DNA from: a virus | DNA length: 64,000 nt | Virus record (IMG/VR): IMGVR_UViG_3300002063_000001 | Coordinates: 1-64,000 of that record | Strand: one strand, 5' to 3' | Part shown: in pieces, positions 62,697-64,000 of the stretch | How positions within the stretch are numbered: the stretch's first letter is position 1 | How the letters are laid out: the number at the start of each line of letters is the position of its first letter | Notes under the pieces: model-generated | The model's input: only the letters and a program-made list of their open reading frames with translations | The model's database searches: none | Told to the model about the DNA's origin: nothing | Program-made: the position numbers and the translations under genes

Positions 62697-63298
62697 TAGT
62701 TAAACCATTTAATTATAGGGTCCCCTTTAAATCCTTTTTCCCACACGTACCAAGCGTAAAAAGCAGCAGAAGAGTCTTTAGAGTACTTTTCAAAATCGCC
62801 ACCTCTCGCACATTTTATTCTTGATGAAGAAACATAGACTATTTTAGGAGGGGAGTCTTTAAATAGCTGTCTTCTACCTACAGACTCTAAAAATTGTATT
62901 TTTAAAAACATAACAACTTTTCTCCCATCAGGGATAATACTTAACGAATGCTCTACAAAACGTGCTGCATACTTGTAGGGAGGATTTGTTACAATGTCGC
63001 CGTCCCAAAAATCATATCCAGTAATAAAATTAACGCCAGGCTCTCCATACCCTCTATCTACAAGGTCGGAACTTTTAACATTAATACCTTTATATTTCAA
63101 AACCTCCGAGATGTGTCCGCCACCACAACAAGGCTCCAAAACATTCTGCAACTTAGGCTCTAACTCAAGGAGCATTTCCGTAGCCGAAGGGTCTGTGGCA
63201 TAATAATCGTTTTCTTCCCTCTCCTCTTTGGAATGATTACTCGCACCTAGTATCTTAAATAAACTATTTTGGCGATTATCTAATTTTTCTTCTATCAT
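62696..63298 (-). CDS. DNA N6-adenine methyltransferase (NPPY type)
   Basis: Motif I is VLEPCCGGGHISEVL and motif IV is DIVTNPPYKYA. Confidence 0.75.
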   Translation of the reverse strand: MIEEKLDNRQNSLFKILGASNHSKEEREENDYYATDPSATEMLLELEPKLQNVLEPCCGGGHISEVLKYKGINVKSSDLVDRGYGEPGVNFITGYDFWDGDIVTNPPYKYAARFVEHSLSIIPDGRKVVMFLKIQFLESVGRRQLFKDSPPKIVYVSSSRIKCARGGDFEKYSKDSSAAFYAWYVWEKGFKGDPIIKWFN

Positions 63299-63720
63299 GA
63301 CTCAAATATTTCTATGTTATACACTTTCTTCATTAGTTTCTTTTTAAGCTTATATGGCCTCAGTTTCTTAGTGTGAGCACTCTTTACATCCTCTACTATT
63401 TCTTTGCCGTCTCTGGTATAGGTAAAGTCGGCTACATACTCTCTCATGTACTGGTATCCGAGGTCTATCTCTTCACCGTTCACTATAAACTTTCGTACTA
63501 CCAAAGGGAATTTTACCTGCATCTTAAGATTAGATATTACCCCGTGATCTTGCATCATTTTAAGCTGGGTATACCGAGAGCCTTCCTTCTTAGAATCGAA
63601 TTTTATTCCGCTAACAATAGTCTTCTTAGCTCTAAACTTGTTCTTTTTCTTCTTATGGAAACTACCATCGTTACCAAGTTCAAAACCTTTAGCGTTTAAG
63701 TCGTCTATCGTAAATCCCAT
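63295..63720 (-). CDS. DUF1064-like PD-(D/E)XK nuclease (putative resolvase-type)
   Basis: The family-like pattern reads KKTIVSGIKFDSKKEGSRYTQLKMMQDHGVISNLKMQVKFPL...YVADFTYTRDGKEIVEDVKS...KLKKKLM. Confidence 0.65.
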   Translation of the reverse strand: MGFTIDDLNAKGFELGNDGSFHKKKKNKFRAKKTIVSGIKFDSKKEGSRYTQLKMMQDHGVISNLKMQVKFPLVVRKFIVNGEEIDLGYQYMREYVADFTYTRDGKEIVEDVKSAHTKKLRPYKLKKKLMKKVYNIEIFES

Positions 63721-63743
63721 CCTATTTCAAGACAAATTTACAC

Positions 63744-63782
63744 AATATATTTGTAGAGTACAATAATGATAATATATTTGTA
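63744..63782 (+). promoter_or_regulatory. Two direct copies of AATATATTTGTA, 27 bp apart, in a divergent intergenic region; each contains TATATTTG
   Basis: Copies at 63744-63755 and 63771-63782. They share the ATATATTTGT core with the three palindromic sites. The first copy is placed suitably as a -7 box for the + gene starting at 63785. Confidence 0.5.
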
Positions 63783-63784
63783 CT

Positions 63785-64000
63785 ATGATTGGCTTGCCAA
63801 CAAGAATATTCACGACCAGCTCAGCACTAGAAGATGACGGAGAGATCCTTTACGGTATGTTACTTAAGATAGAGTTAGAGCACTTTGTCTCAGGGGGACA
63901 TTTAATGTCTAGTCAGTTCGGCACGTGCTTCTTTCCCTCAAAAGGGAAAATAATTTCAATACCTATAGATAGGATAGATTTCGATAGTGACATGAGTGAT
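63785..64000 (+). CDS. Hypothetical protein, N-terminal fragment (continues beyond the window)
   Basis: An ATG at 63785 followed by 72 open codons to the window edge (MIGLPTRIFTTSSALEDDGEILYGMLLKIELEHF...). Confidence 0.45.
   Translation, partial: MIGLPTRIFTTSSALEDDGEILYGMLLKIELEHFVSGGHLMSSQFGTCFFPSKGKIISIPIDRIDFDSDMSD

Noticed and set aside
1-64000. CRISPR arrays, tRNA/tmRNA genes, a diversity-generating retroelement, and an integrase/lysogeny module
   Set aside because: There are no repeat-spacer arrays; the only tandem repeats are coding. I saw no cloverleaf-compatible segment in any intergenic gap. No reverse-transcriptase (YxDD) ORF or template/variable repeat pair is present, and no tyrosine/serine recombinase or CI-like repressor motifs. 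The tRNA absence is judged by eye and should be confirmed with tRNAscan-SE.

Overview
The window reads as about 64 kb of a tailed dsDNA phage genome. I saw no integrase, repressor/lysogeny module, rRNA, tRNA or CRISPR array. All calls come from reading the ORF translations and the DNA by eye; no HMM or BLAST search was run.

The genes form four blocks:
- 1-7155 (+), replication/recombination: a UvrD-type helicase fused to a PD-(D/E)XK nuclease, an SSB-like protein, an initiator with embedded iterons, and a RecA-fold replicative helicase.
- 7152-44465 (-), a 37-kb late block: scaffold-like and capsid-like genes, many large structural proteins including 1100-, 2165- and 1422-aa ORFs, then depolymerase-like, patatin-like lipase, lipoprotein, holin, muramidase and a portal-like gene.
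- 44585-58277 (+), about 25 small early genes: HTH proteins, a PP-loop ATPase, a DnaA domain-IV-only protein, ArdA, a HAD-like hydrolase and a DPPY methyltransferase.
- 58461-63720 (-): an intein-containing large terminase, HNH endonuclease, NPPY methyltransferase and a DUF1064-like nuclease.

The host is probably Bacteroidota/Flavobacteriia. Intergenic motifs match the TAnnTTTG -7 box, start codons sit in A-rich contexts without Shine-Dalgarno sequences, and Bacteroidota-style signal and lipoprotein leaders are present.

Most interesting observations:
- a patatin-like phospholipase inside the lysis cassette
- a LAGLIDADG intein splitting the terminase Walker B region
- a conserved ATATATTTGT core, three times inside a 23-bp palindrome, at late operon starts
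- 12-bp-phased iterons inside the initiator gene
- T7-like acidic -PF tails on both the SSB-like protein and the helicase
- a DnaA DNA-binding-domain-only protein
- an AT-rich methyltransferase cassette bracketed by repeats
- Sec/lipoprotein signal peptides on giant fiber-like proteins
- a G11 tract at the end of the 2165-aa gene
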